From NCBI GenBank assembly GCA_964057225.1, contig OZ059894.1, positions 7,006,001 through 7,070,000 of the forward strand: a stretch of 64,000 nucleotides of DNA, given 5' to 3'. This stretch comes from Auanema rhodensis (taxonomy: Eukaryota > Animalia > Nematoda). The notes beneath the pieces were generated by a model. The model was given only the letters and a program-made list of their open reading frames with translations. It was not told where the DNA came from and searched no databases. This document shows positions 1-14,100 of the stretch, in pieces. Within the stretch, counting starts at the first letter, position 1. Each line of letters begins with the position of its first letter. The position numbers and the translations under genes were made by a program.

Positions 1-807
1 TTTATCATCATCTCACTTTCTTTTCTTTTAAGTCTTTCTTCTCCTTCTTCTCTTTACTTCTCCTTTTCTTATACCCCTCCCCCCACCATCTACCTCAAGG
101 ATATTGAAGAGGTGAAAAAGAGAGAATGATTTCACTAATAGATAATATCATTAAATGTGAATGTTGATAGACACAGAGGGCTAAGCGAGCTGACATTGAA
201 AATTCGAGTTAAGGCTTGAAAGATGATAATCGTTAACAACATCATACTATCTCGGATTCTCTTCTCCTTCAGAATATCTAATGTCGATCATTTTAAACAA
301 TCGTCTTGTACTTTCATATTGTTTTTATTCTCTTGTCAAACTTTCTTCAAGTACGTTATTGACTATGAGAATGTTCCAGTGCGTCTTTAGCATTGAATCA
401 CAATCCTTGTCTTCTAATAAGTAAACTAAAGACTTTAACCTTTTTTAATGATTATGAGCATCTTCTTCATCTAATTAACTTATTAAGATGATATGTGAAA
501 CCGTAAGTTCTGCCATTCATATCATTATTGAATAAACTTTTTCTTTTCTATTCGTTTTGCTTCCTTTCCTATTAGATATAAGCCAGTTTATTGAAGAAAA
601 AGAAATCAATCGAGTTCACCGTTGACGATGTGATTCTTCTTTGTATATGCCTTTTCATCCTGTTAACATATCTGGCTTTTGAATGTTAAAAATTCTGTCT
701 TTATGTGTTTTTAGTTGCAAATTGTTTAGTGATTGTTAAGGATTTTTTCATTTTCTAGGCCAAATCCTTGTAACTATAACTAACTTCTATGTTCCTACTC
801 TCTCTCG

Positions 808-810
<3 letters not shown>

Positions 811-858
<48 letters not shown>
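811..858. repeat. (CT)n microsatellite
   Basis: About 24 TC units. Confidence 0.95.
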
Positions 859-860
<2 letters not shown>

Positions 861-2883
861 AATTTTCTTTTTTCTCTCTAACGTAACTCTCTCTTTTCTT
901 ATTTCATATTTGTATGTATTATATATTTTATTATTTTTATAATCATAAATTTATAATTCGAATTGATTCTGCCAAGCCAGTTGGTTGAACCTGATCATGA
1001 TGGCTGAATAAAAAACAGAAATTTGAACAATAAAAACAAAAAATCGTAATATGAAATTAAAAACTTTCCGTTTAGATACTTGGTCTTCAGACTCTCAAGA
1101 TCTGCCCTCGACATTTTTTGATTTTCGATTGTTTTGTTTCCAATATTGGAAAGTCTACTCTCTTTAGAAATAATTATTTGGACTTTGGCCATTTAGATTA
1201 TCAAGTTTTTGGTTTTTTCGCTTAAAGTTATCTTATATATAGTTGGTCTTGATAAAGCTTAGACGCATTTTATTACTTTTCTCTTCTATTAGGTAATATC
1301 AAATAAAGCAGCATATTTGCTTTTTAAATTTCTTTTCTTTCAAATCTAAGCCACATTACTTTTGTTTATAAAAATTCAGAAAATCAAAGTTTGGGAAAAT
1401 ATTTGGAGTCATTATATGAAGAGATAGTGCCAGTTTTCTTCTATTTTTGTAGAAACATTGAACATTTTCTAGCACTTTGCCTTTTAAATTCTATATTTTT
1501 TCATCTATTTTTGATATTTTCTTTGAATTTCTGTAATTGACCTTAGGTACAATTTGCATAATGCTACGTGAAAATGTCTAAAATGATCGGTTGAAGTACG
1601 ACCATTCTCGTAGTATAAAGACACAGTTATTCTTCTCTGTAACCTTCTTTACTTCCCTGTTTTCTCTCTTTTCTTTTTTTCTCTTCTCTCTCTTCCTCTC
1701 TCTTCTCTTCTCGATTCCACTCGTTATACACTATCTGCTTACCTGTTTTAGTCTTTACCAAACCTAGTATTTCTAGAGATTTTCGTAATACTAGTAGTAG
1801 TCGCAAGTTGATGCATAGGAAAACCTCATAGGATTTTCATCGACGTATTTCAGAATAAATGAAGTCTATTGGAGACCTTCCGTTTATTATATATTTGTTT
1901 ATAATCAACATAGTAAACCAGTCCCAGTTATATTGCTGTCGATTAGCTTTTCGTCATTGCCATTCTCTTTTTCCCTTTTCTCTCTTATATCCTTCAATCT
2001 TATTCCCTTTCAATATAACCTCGTCTCTTCTTTTAAAATTCCATTTTCTTAAGTCTTCTACTTTCTTTTCCATCACTATCCTCTAATATTTGTTTTTCTT
2101 GCTAAGGACTCGCGGAATCTGAACATCATGTATGGATATGATGAAGCTTTAGACATCTTCTGATCAGATATAGCAGTGTATAGAGTTTGCTCTTAAATTT
2201 GCAGGTGTTGTATCCTCCGATGATTGGTAGTCTCGAAGCTTTTCTTTTCTTTTTTTCCCTTTAAGATACATCTTCTCTCCCGGTCTGTCCTCACCCTTTC
2301 AATAAGGAAAGACAGAAGTTCAAGGATTGCCAGACCTTTTTTATAAACTTCGCTTTTCTTTTTCCTATGTTGTCTCTCTATTTCTACCGCTCTCTCTCTT
2401 TGTCTCTTTCTCTCTTTATATATTTGGCATATTTTTATTTTTCTCTTCTTGTCCTTGTATAATCAGTTTGGCACTTGTGACACTACTGTTACGAATTATT
2501 TCTTTTGTGGCGCTTAACAAACAGTCAAAACATTTTTCCCAAAAAATATGCAAAAAAAAGTGATTAGAAAGAAAATCAATGGGAGCCAGATGTAGTAGAA
2601 ACCCTAACCGAAATTCTGTCGTTTTCGATGAACTGCCTCGACCGATCATCTTGGTCTCAGCAAACTATTCAATTCGTTTCCATTGCTTTTATATCATTTT
2701 TATAAAGATTTCGTTGCAGTTTATTTGATTTTGCGCTCGAACCGTTTCTTTCTACCTTATTCAGTTAGCAACTCTTCATGCATCACCGATGATTCCGTGC
2801 CCCGGAGGTTAAATTAGCTAATGAAGAGAGAAGCTTCTTCCTCTGTCTCTCTTTCTCGCTAAATTTACCTAACGATCTGTTAA

Positions 2884-2914
<31 letters not shown>

Positions 2915-5629
2915 TTCTCTTTCGGTTCATACCCCCTGTTGTTCACTCTCTTCTCACATACTGTCTCTCTTCATTTCATACTATATACTTTTATCTCTCT
3001 ATGCTACATTCTCTGTTTATCTGACCAACATTGTTCTGCCATTGTGCCGGAAAACAGGAAATGTCTTCCGGTCCGGCAAGCCGTCTCTACACGTCCTGCC
3101 TGAAATTAGATCTATCCAATTGAAAACTGCGTAGAAAGTCATATGTTTGCTTATAGTAGAATCGAACACTGTCTTTTCGTAGATTTCTTAAGAATTGAGA
3201 AAGAAGAGATGCCCTAGTGTCAGCTATACAAATTCAAGCAAACGAGAAAAAGTCTCCGACTTCAAGCTTATAAGGAAATTTGGTGTGCTTCCCTATCTCT
3301 GAATCTCTTCATTGTGTGAACATTCTGTCAGCTTTTCTTCTTGGTATCGACTCTCCTTCTTATACGTATTGTGAAGGTGTCGTTGTCATCATCATTGTCA
3401 TTCTTCTGCACTCGAAAAACTCTTTGCCTTTCGCAGCTTCAATCTTGAAGCTCGTTCTGCACCCATGGTTCTCTGACTCATTCATACATATCTCTCACTT
3501 TTTTCCATTTTCGTTTACAACTCAACTCAATTTATTTTTTAATCATTTTCTCATTTCTTAACATTATTTATAACGAAAACCTTTGCTCTTTCAGCTGTTA
3601 TTAACAGCAAAATATGACCGAAAAAATTTTATTTTTCTTCAAATATGTTTGTGTTTTTCCATTTTAAACTTTTTTTTATTTGATTTGTAAGTACAATTTT
3701 TCTTCTTTTTTTTACGCATATTTCTTGAAAACTATCGAAAACGCAACAACTGAAGATCCAATGTTTTTTTGGTTTTGACTATATTGTTAATCCCTGTTTT
3801 ATTTTTTTCAAACTTTACCAGAAGCTTTTACATAGTTTCCAACATCAGTAGTTGAAAACGTTTTTTATCTTTGGCTCTACACAACATTTATTTCAGCCTT
3901 TCTTATCTCTACAATAGCTCTATTAAAATGAAATGTTTCAAGCAATTTCTTGAATATTCACGATTTTCCTTAAAAAAAAGAATTGTATTACATAAACGAT
4001 TTGATGACGACCTTTTTAAGTTGAAAATCCAGATTGAAAGCTAATGAATTAGCTGTGTGGTGTAATGATATCGCATCTTGTCAGCTTCACATACATCGCT
4101 ACACACAACAGCGTTTTCAGACTATTTTTGACGTTTTTCTCAAAAAAAAAGAAGAAAAGAATTATTCGAATATAGTGATTGCGATTCGTATACATGTGGA
4201 TTGATTTTCATTTATTTCATTCATATGTTGTATTTTCAATTACTTTCAAGCTCGTGTTACTATTGTCAATGGATGTGTTACTTAGGAAAACAACGTCAAT
4301 TCATCAGTATGAAATTCATCAGTTTGAAGCTGATGTTGTTGACTCGAGTATTCTCTATACACAACTTCTTACATTCCCCTATCTTCTCTATTTCTTTCCT
4401 TGTTTTGGAAGAAAATCGTTTTTTTTTCTATCGCCGTATCTAAGCAATAGTTTTTCTACAATCCAATGAGTTTCTGTTTTGAAATCGAAATAGAAACTAA
4501 TATTTCAGATTTGCTTTTATATGTTTCACTTCCACCTATATCGTATTTTCAAACGAAAATCTTTTTTTTTTTAAAACAAGTCTTTGTGATATTTATATGT
4601 TTTATGATGGTAAATCTGACACTTTTTCATATAAATCTTTTTGAATATTTCATTCATGTCCTCTTTCATGTCTCTCTCTTTCATGTCTCTCTCTCTCTCT
4701 CCTTCTATAAGCCTTCTACCACTTCTGTTACTATTTCGTACTTGTGTGTCACTTTGTTTAGCCGAGTTGAATAATTCTGATGGCAACAAGCCTTTGTCAA
4801 GCCACTGACCACGTTTACCATTCAAAAGCTTTATGCCTAGTGTAAATGGGGACAACTGATGTGGTACCACTTCAGTACATGTGTCACATCTCCCATGTAG
4901 TAAGCTGAGATTCAAAGCTTGATCTATATAATTTAATATCCAGTCCATTTATTTGAACCAGATCAAACATACTCCGAGCATTGACATACTGCTCTCTGAG
5001 TAATAATGTCCAAGCTATTTACAACTTCATATTTGCAATATTCAAGAACTCATCCGAATAGCTTTCAACATATATTCCGGTTTCTTCTTCGAGTTGTTTC
5101 TTCTTAGTCAGAAGCGCTTCCTGTTTGCATCATCATCGTAGACGACGTAGCCGTGTTGGACCACGTCGTTGATGATGATGCTATAGTTGATTCTGTATTG
5201 ATGTCGTTCTTCATTTTTCTTTTTTTCCTTTCATGTCCAATCGTCTTTTGAATGAATGTCTTCAATGGCTTGTAAACATATGACTTCATATGTTTCCTTA
5301 CTTTGATAGTTTTGTTTCCGTGAACCAGCTATACTAAACTCATGTTAAATTTCATTAATCTTCACATTCCATCTGTTCATTTCATCATCATACAGTTGCA
5401 TCTTTCTCCTCATATTTCATTGAATACTTTTAGTAACACGTATGCTGTTGCTTGAGTATCTATCAGACAATTTATTTTCTTCTATTTTTTTGAACAATTG
5501 CTTCAATTATATCTCATATTACCACACTAAAATTACAATGCTCTTCTTCTTAGTTGTTTTACTCATTACTCATTTTATTTATGTTTTTTTTTCAGCTGAA
5601 CAACTTATGTTACCCGCACATGACGTCAC

Positions 5630-5896
5630 ATGTATCTACATCTAATATTTTTATTTTTTTGTTCACCTCTTCTAGTATTCTCAAATCCGTCACCTCAAGG
5701 TATGTTCCTTTTACGGAAACTGCAACTTTTCAAATCAAATACGGTGTATATGATTTACGTATAATCTATATATATATATAGGAAAACATTGAAAAAACCA
5801 ATTCAAATTCTCGTCTTATCTGCCTAAAGTAGTCTAAAGCTTTTTTTAGCAAATCAAATCCAACATTAAGCTGAAACTAACCAGGTTTTGTATCAG

Positions 5897-5928
<32 letters not shown>

Positions 5929-8145
5929 TTTAATTCGATTAGACTACATTTACGTTGATTTTTGGTGTCTATATATGTATGTATATATATATATATATAT
6001 ATATACATGTAAATACATATATAAGTATGCATGTATATTCATATAAACTAAGCTATTCAGTAAATAAAGTTTTTACTGATAAAGTGAAAGTGAGAAAAAA
6101 AAAACTTATACACATACATATATATATAGAATTATGATATAGTTAAAATTATGTAATATTGATAACATTATAAAGCATAATATTTATTTTTTATTTAAAC
6201 ATTTCAGCTCCCCGACCAGGAGTTGACTTTCTCGGACCATTATGGCTACCCCGCACCTATAAAATCACATGTTGTCGAGGTGGTACACCAACAGCCGAAA
6301 ATGTCAATGTAAGTACATATTTTATGTAATAATACTATAGTTTATATCGATATATTGATATTGTTATCTATATTTACTGTTAATGCTTTAGCTGATCACA
6401 AATTGGACTGAAACTGTCTCCGACTATGCTTTTGATGAAAAAACAGAAACCGGTGAGAATCAGCATTGTCGCGTATATGAGGTTGGTTAGTTGAGATATC
6501 ATTAAAATATATTCTTTGTCATATCTTCATTTCTGCCAATTTATTTGTAACAAATATCATTGTGGAATCTTGTTTATTCGAACTTTTTATTCAGTTCTTA
6601 TAATACAACCGATCAACATGTCACTTTTGCTTTAAAATGAAACACTTTTTCACGTGAAAATGCATAATACATTCACGTATTATTCAAATTTCGTGTAATT
6701 TATTTAAAACGTTTTCATCACGACAGAGTTTGAAAAACAGTAACTAATTATTTATAAAATTATGTTTTGAAAAACATTTTATATTGTAGGGATCTTTCCT
6801 GTTATCGGCAACTGCTTTATTCAACTACAGTTTCCTAGGCTACGGAGTTCAGTGCAAATGTCCAAGTACAAAGCTATATGAAATATATTTTATTACATAT
6901 TGAATATTGTTTAGCAAATCAAATACCTCTCGATAGACATTGTCGACAATTAGCGCCATGCCTAAACAATGGATATCGCTCACAATCTCTAGGTGGCCTA
7001 TGTGCTTGTTCTGAGCCATACTTTGGGGAGTTTTGCGAAAAAATGTGTGATCAGGGACAAACTTTGAAAGGTAATACCTATAAGTTAACCTATATTAGAT
7101 GTTAAATGTTTGTTTATTATTGTACAAATATGTATTGTGTTGTAGGTGTTGATGGCCGAAGCTACTGCAGCTGTCTACCGTTTTACCAGGGAGAACGATG
7201 TACTGAGATGGTGTGCTTGAATGGCGGTAATATTATTGAATTTGTTATTAAAAACTGAATTTTAATAATTTTAGGAGTTAATATTAACGGCAGATGCTCA
7301 TGTCCACCGACATATCTTGGATATCATTGTGAAGTTGATTCAAATCGAACTGCGAACAATGCAAGATATAACAGATATGGAGAGGTACGAAACATTTTCT
7401 TCTGTTAAACAATGGAAGAATTTTAAAATGACTGAAATTAACTCTTCGGTTTCAGACATCAGAAGTCTTCAGCCGTGACGTATCGGGTACTGTCTTCAGT
7501 CTTGTCATGATTGTCGTCTTAGTAGTGTCTATGTACTTACTCATGAAACATCGAATGCAGGTAGATATTTCTCTTTTATCCGTTTGAACAAGCTCATATA
7601 ATATTTCAAAACAGGTCCAATCTCGCTTCTCATCGGGACGACGAGATGATTTCTTACGAGCAGCTGCGATCTGCGGTGGAATGCCACCCAATTCTAGGGG
7701 TGTAAATGGACGCTTTGGTCCATTCATAGCAAATGGTATCGAAGGTCCACCACCATATGTAGCCACAGGTTCCAGTAAGTTCTTGTACTGATTTGTTGGT
7801 TATGCTTGATAACTATTTCAGCATCAAGATCAAACGAAGTACTTCCACCATTACCCACATACGAAGATGCTACTAAGGATCTTCCATTGAGGCAAATCTG
7901 AATTCTGACTTGATTCTCTAACCCATTTATCATACAGGCCGTGGACATCTAGTAATACAGCAACTCAGTCAACAGAAGTCACGCCAGCAACTGAGCCATC
8001 AAGTTCTTCCTCGGCAACTTCAGATGAAGTTTCCACATCCACATCAGAAGAGCCTCAACCCGCTTCTGGTGAAACACCGGTGATCGAAGAAAATAATGTA
8101 GATGCCAAGCTTGATCGAAAGGTCAGTAGTCGACGAAGCGTCTAG
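5630..8145 (+). CDS. EGF-like repeat type I transmembrane protein (multi-exon); possibly the orthologue of C. elegans T25F10.3
   Basis: TTTCAG acceptor at 5595 and ATG at 5630. Signal peptide MYLHLIFLFFCSPLLVFS. Spliced exons give EGF-like repeats (CLNNG..CACSEPYFGEFCE; CSCLPFYQGERC; CLNGG..CSCPPTYLGYHCE), a TM segment (VFSLVMIVVLVVSMYLLM), cytoplasmic PPPY and LPTY motifs and a Ser/Thr-rich tail ending RRSV* at 8143-8145. The last intron (7892-7937) is GC-AG. Orthology is recalled, not searched. Confidence 0.85.
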
Positions 8146-11100
8146 TCATATGAGAACGGTATTTTCTTCACATTTCATCTTTATGATTTTCTTTTAAAAT
8201 TTTTATAATAACTAGGCTTATAATTTGTTTTTTTTTAATATTCTATCTAATGAAATACATTATTATATGTATATATTAGTACAGAAATATTCTACAACTT
8301 CTAGATCATATTAATCTATCTTTTCTTCTCAATTTTCCATATTTCTGTATTTTCCTTGAAACAACGAAACATAACTTTTTACTTGCCTTGTATTCTATTA
8401 ATTGATTTTTTAAAATTATTGTATTATTTCCAAATAATTCTAGTATCGCTAGGATATCAACTTTCTTTATTCTTTTTTTTTCTATCAAGCCTATTGTCGG
8501 TCACTTAAATGCTCATTCATGATCTTTCACATGGTTTTTACTGTTGTTGATTAAAATTTTCACAGTTGTATATAATACAAATATATAAAATAAATGTAAC
8601 AAACTTACATTTTGTTTTCTTCTTCTTACAGTCTTGTTCCATGAAATTGGGACATTCGCGGGACCTGAATATATTTTCATTGGATATATACTATATGAAA
8701 TAAAATTTACAAATTTTTTTTGTAGTTTGGAAGGGTTTTCTGGCGCCTTTGAGTTGTGGGCGTCCTAATTTTATCGCACAGGATTGTATAAATATAATAT
8801 ATATTTATAAAAAGAAAATATTAAAGTTTTAGATTAAAATTTAAATTTTGGGAATAATTTGCATATTCAAAAGTTTACGTGAACAACGTGTAACAATAGA
8901 TTTCTACTTCAATGATTCAAGGTCAGTGTTATAGTAAACGGAGAAGAAGCTTGGGAATCCCGAGACTTATGCGCTTCTGTTTGTTCTGTTTCTCAAAGAC
9001 ACATCACGCTACCAGGACTACATTGAAGGTATTAGGATATGAAATAACAGATTATCAATGAAATCTATAATTAACCAATCAAATCTTTAAATTTTCTTTC
9101 TTCTTCTTTCAGAAAAAAATCTTTTTTTCTTTAATTCTCATATGTTAAACTTCAAATCTATAACCCAGCAATAGGTGTAACGAAGGTTTTTTGATTTGTT
9201 GATCTTCGTTCCGAAATGGAAGTGAACATACATATCACAACTCAAACATTATTTTAACCTTTTTTCTTTTTTATTCCAATCAGTCTATGACACAAGCTTT
9301 CTTTCTTATTTTGACTGAAAACTAGTCAAGTCAGCTGCAAGATCACTCTAATCCAGATTATGGTCATTTTGCACTTAGACGTCAAGTCAAGTTTCAACTA
9401 GCGCATATTGGGATCGTGTGGGTGGCTTCTTCCTTCTTTCTTCACCTCCCACGTGGATTTTTTTCCGTTTTCGTTGTGCTGACGATCATAAAGGATTATA
9501 CCTAGCGTCGGTACAGTAATCTTCTAATCAAACATTGTAAAAGATTGCTACGAACTGTTGAGTCTCTGATCGTATTAACTCCTGCTGGTATCTCAGCTAC
9601 TGCTCTTTTTATTCCTTAAATCTGCTATTTTTTGTTGTTTTTTTTTCAAAAAAATGTTGAGGAATTTTTGAAAGTCATTACATATTATATGATTTTTATA
9701 TTTTTTCTTTCAAATGTTAGTTGTATAGCTACGAATTTAGGAATATTTTATAGAATACTGTCTTATAGATTAAAATAGAATTAACAATTTAAATGTTTTT
9801 GAATAAGATTTAGAAAATTAAATTAAAAGAAACATTTATGTTTTTGAATTTCATGAAAATCAATGCACTCTTTGATAACTCTAAATGAACTTCTGAACAA
9901 TATATCTCAGAGAACTCGTAATGCTGATCCTTCAAGCATCTTTTGTTTTCTTATTATCTGATTATTATATATTTAATATAATTTTCTATAACATTCAATA
10001 AATATATTTAAATCAATAGTTTGAAAAAAAAATATTTATTTCTATGTATTCTATTGAAATCCTAAAATATTCCTATTTCTCATTAATTTTTATGATGAAT
10101 ATCATTGAAATTCGTTCGTTTTTTATATTTTTCATTTTCAAAATTAAAATCTGTTCATCTAACTGTATAGAAACAAATCTAAAATTGTTTTTTCTTTAAA
10201 GTCAGAAAGATAGAAATTTAATTTAGTTGGCTGATCAGCACATAGCACTCAATTGACAAATGACAATTCGTGATCATGTCGACAGTTTTTCCACTTTACA
10301 CTTCTTTCAACTCACGCAAGCATTTCAAAATCATTTAATAGCTATATCCTCTATTTGAACTTTTAAAGAGTTAAGTATTATAGCCTTCTAAGAAGTTATC
10401 CAAATTTTGAAGTCATTTTTGCATACTTCAAAGTAAGCAGCCTGCTTCAGAGTTTTGGTGACAGATCTGGAAATTCGTTTTGTTTTCGCCAACTGTTAGA
10501 ATCGAAACATATGTCTCGTTTATCTTATAAGTTAGACAGGATTGAACAGCGAAGAGAATGAGGGAGGGAAAGAGAAATTTTTAGCAAAGAAAAGGACAAT
10601 TAAGTCGAATTTTGATAACTATCTGGCCACACTTGTACTTTAACTCAGCCTACGAGGGGGGTTGTGTGGGGTGGTGGAAATTGAGATTGGAGAGTTGACA
10701 TGGGATCATTATCAGCTTCATTAACATGTACAGTAATGTTTTCTGTGTTCTATTCTTGTATGTTTTCTTTAAGTGTTATAATATGATTCATATGATTAAC
10801 AATTACTTAGAATAGATGATTCATACTATATGTATGAATCCAAAATTGAACAAGATGTAGTGAAGTTCGATGACGATGATGTAATCAAAATGCAACAATC
10901 TGAAGAGTAAACTGCATCGAATCATTAATCAGTACGTATTACCGGAATTTCGCATTTTGTGCAGCTATTTCTTCATTTTGCGAACATTTCGATGTTAGAC
11001 TGTGGAAATAACAGCCAAAGCTCATTCATTTCTCAATTGATTGGATCGTAAGAGATCAGATTTCATTTTATTAAGAGCAAAAACATGAATAGCATAACAG

Positions 11101-14100
11101 CTAAACAACTAATAAAATTTGAATGAGACTAGCCTAATATGATTAGATGATTAGTGAGTATATTCAATGTATATGAACAAGAAGCTTCTAGATGCCTCTT
11201 GCAGCTTTAAATGATGGAGTGAAATTTGATTTTGCGTGACTTCAAGTTCAACCTAGTTCAGAGTGATGATGTGTATCTTAGGTAGTAAACAACATTCGAG
11301 AAAATAGTTTTAACAAAACAAATTATTTTTCTTCTTATCCGTAGATTCAGGAACAACCATCATCATTAGACATCGCCTTCTGATAACTGAATCATAGTCA
11401 GTTGCCATTGAAATAATTGGTTATTGATTTTTATCCTTTATTTTAAAATTTAAACTTTTTTTATTTGTGAATTAGATAGATTAGAGGAATAATAGAAGTA
11501 CAGATCTTCACTAGTCTTAAGGTTTCGTTGAGAAAAATCCTATACATGAGAAAATGAAGAAAGAATGTGACGTTTTATGAGAACATGACAATGATGGTGC
11601 ATGTGAGTGAAAGGAGTGAGGAATTAGAGAAAAGGGGAAAATGAAAAGTAGAGAGAGAAACGAGATTCATATAATTAGAATTAAAGAGAGAAAGGCAAAT
11701 TGAGAGAAGAAAGAGAAAAAAGAAGATTTCAAAAGTTCAACCGTTTCATGCTTCATGCAATTTTGAAATAAAGAATAGTATTGTACGTGAAAGAAATAAT
11801 ATGCTTATGTAAAATTACGTGAAATATTACGTGAAATTTGTCCTTAAACATCAAGTAAACAACACCAGAAATCGTTTTTCTAAAAATCAAAAAAAAAAAG
11901 AAAAGATTTCAGTCATCAGTAGATGTGTACATTCTAAAAGGGCAGATTAGAATCTTGACATTGGAACATCTGCTAATGCATACTTTCTCTATTAGAAACA
12001 ACTGTAAAATCATATTTGGATATTTCCCCGATATCATTGAGCTCTATTACGCCTTGTCCTCATTTCAGCAACCGTTTTACTGCCGTTTTTTGGCCGATTT
12101 TTTTCAAAATCATCAGCACTATTCTTCAACGTTATCTAGTAATTTAGACTCATTGCCATCTGGGGTTAGTTTCTATCTAATCCTAATTCAGAAAAATTTA
12201 TTCTCATCTACCGTATACTCATCAAAATGTTTCTCCCCCTCTCTCAGTTTCGATATGTTTATAAACTTACAGATAGAGTTTAACCTTTTTTTTAAATAAT
12301 TAAAATAAACTGTGTCCAGTGAAGCATAAGGCTTCAATCCTTTCGTATCCAGCATCATCTTTTATCTGCTGAAGTTGACTTCAATTAATCAGGCAAGTCG
12401 ACCACTCCTCCTGGCTTTTCACGATCGATTGATATCGAACAAATTACTACTATTATTTAATTTTTTTCTCTTTTTTTTTTCAAATTTACTCACCATTTCT
12501 CTATTTTGAACTGAATTTACTTAAAAAAGGCTGAACTTTTTGTTTGTTTTTCCTTAATGAGCTCTTAAACCCATCATATCCCTTCGAAATTTTTCTTTTA
12601 AAAATCAGTAAGTACAGTAACTTCATAGAATAATCGAGAAAAGCAGTTGGAAATTAAGAAAAATATGAAAAATAAAAGAGAAATATACTTTGTGAAATTC
12701 CTTCTGATTTAGCTTGCAAATGCTTTGTCTCGCTGAAGCAACATATCATTGTTTTATTGGATTCGATAAAAAGTTCTAACGTCGAAGTGTTGTACACTTC
12801 TATGCTCTTTTCTGATGAATTTACAGAAAAAATTGTCTAAAAACCTAAATAGCATTCAGACTGATCTATCTATTTTCTCCTCTAGCTGCTCCAAACTAAA
12901 TTTGGTTGACAACAGCGTCTCTAAGCATATTCAGCATGCTTAATAATACATATAGATTTGATGTAATGATCGTATTCTTCGTCTAGACACCTGTCTTCCG
13001 AACTATTAACATCCTAGACCTCTCATGCAGTTTTAGTATTGAATCTGGATAGCATACAATGAGTCAAAGAAAATTGCTATCACATGTAACTGTACTTGTG
13101 AAATCTACAAATCCATCAGCCTCTGAATCTTCATTTCTTGTGTTCCTGTTCAATTTCTTTCTCTCCTCTCCTATTCTCCTCGTCGTTTTCGCTCCTTTTT
13201 CACCTTCTGTCTCATTTTTTTGTCAGCACCTGCACAATCTGTTCCGTCTGAGGCAAACGAACACGATTAATCACTGTTAGATGAGTATTGATCTGTTCAA
13301 ACATAGCTAGCGACACATATCTTCCTTTTGATACGTTACTTAACTTTTTTTCCAAAATTTTTTCTGAATACATTAGCTGTTCAAACATTCGTTTGTTATT
13401 GAAATTTAACTATTTTCACCTTTTCACATCTTTTTTTTTTCAAATATTCAAATGTCTTCAAGAAGAAAAACTGCTAGATCCGAAGTGATACACAAAATTC
13501 TTCTGTTTTCCAAAAAATAGAGACATCCAAGACTTTGAAGATTGCTATTTTTCGATTTTTCTTAGTTAAGTTCTAAATATAATCCGACAGCGATTCTCAT
13601 GACCACGTGTGGTTGCTTCCGGTCTAATGTAAGAAAAAAATTACAAGACTCAGAGAGCTATTAGCCAGCATATCAACTTATTCTGCTATGTTATCTGATT
13701 GGATGAACATTTTTTTTGTTTCCTTTTTACGTCATTCATGTCATCTTGTGTCCTCGTTCAGCTTTTCAACCTGTAAATACTCTCATTTATCTCATTTTCT
13801 TCAAGCTTCTCCTTCTTCCTTCCATCTTCTTGCTTCTAATTTTTGACTCCTCCCAATCTTAATCAATCGATTACAACTCATCGACATCACAATTTATCAG
13901 ACAGAGACGAGAAGGAGAAGAAGAAGGAAAAGAAGAGCTAAAGGAATAGCACGAACCAGCAATCTCTAGATCTAGATGTCCGTCTTATCATCATCGTCTT
14001 CTTTCTTCTCTATCTGCGTATTCTTCTTTTTCATCCTATCTGGTCATTTTCACCGTAAGCTCCGTGAGCTATCAAAAAAAAATTAAGAATAGCCAATTTC

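Noticed and set aside
4571-5289. Minus-strand ORFs of 125 and 61 aa divergent from the EGF gene
   Set aside because: Could not be joined by plausible introns and show no recognisable motif; a lncRNA or decayed gene is not excluded.
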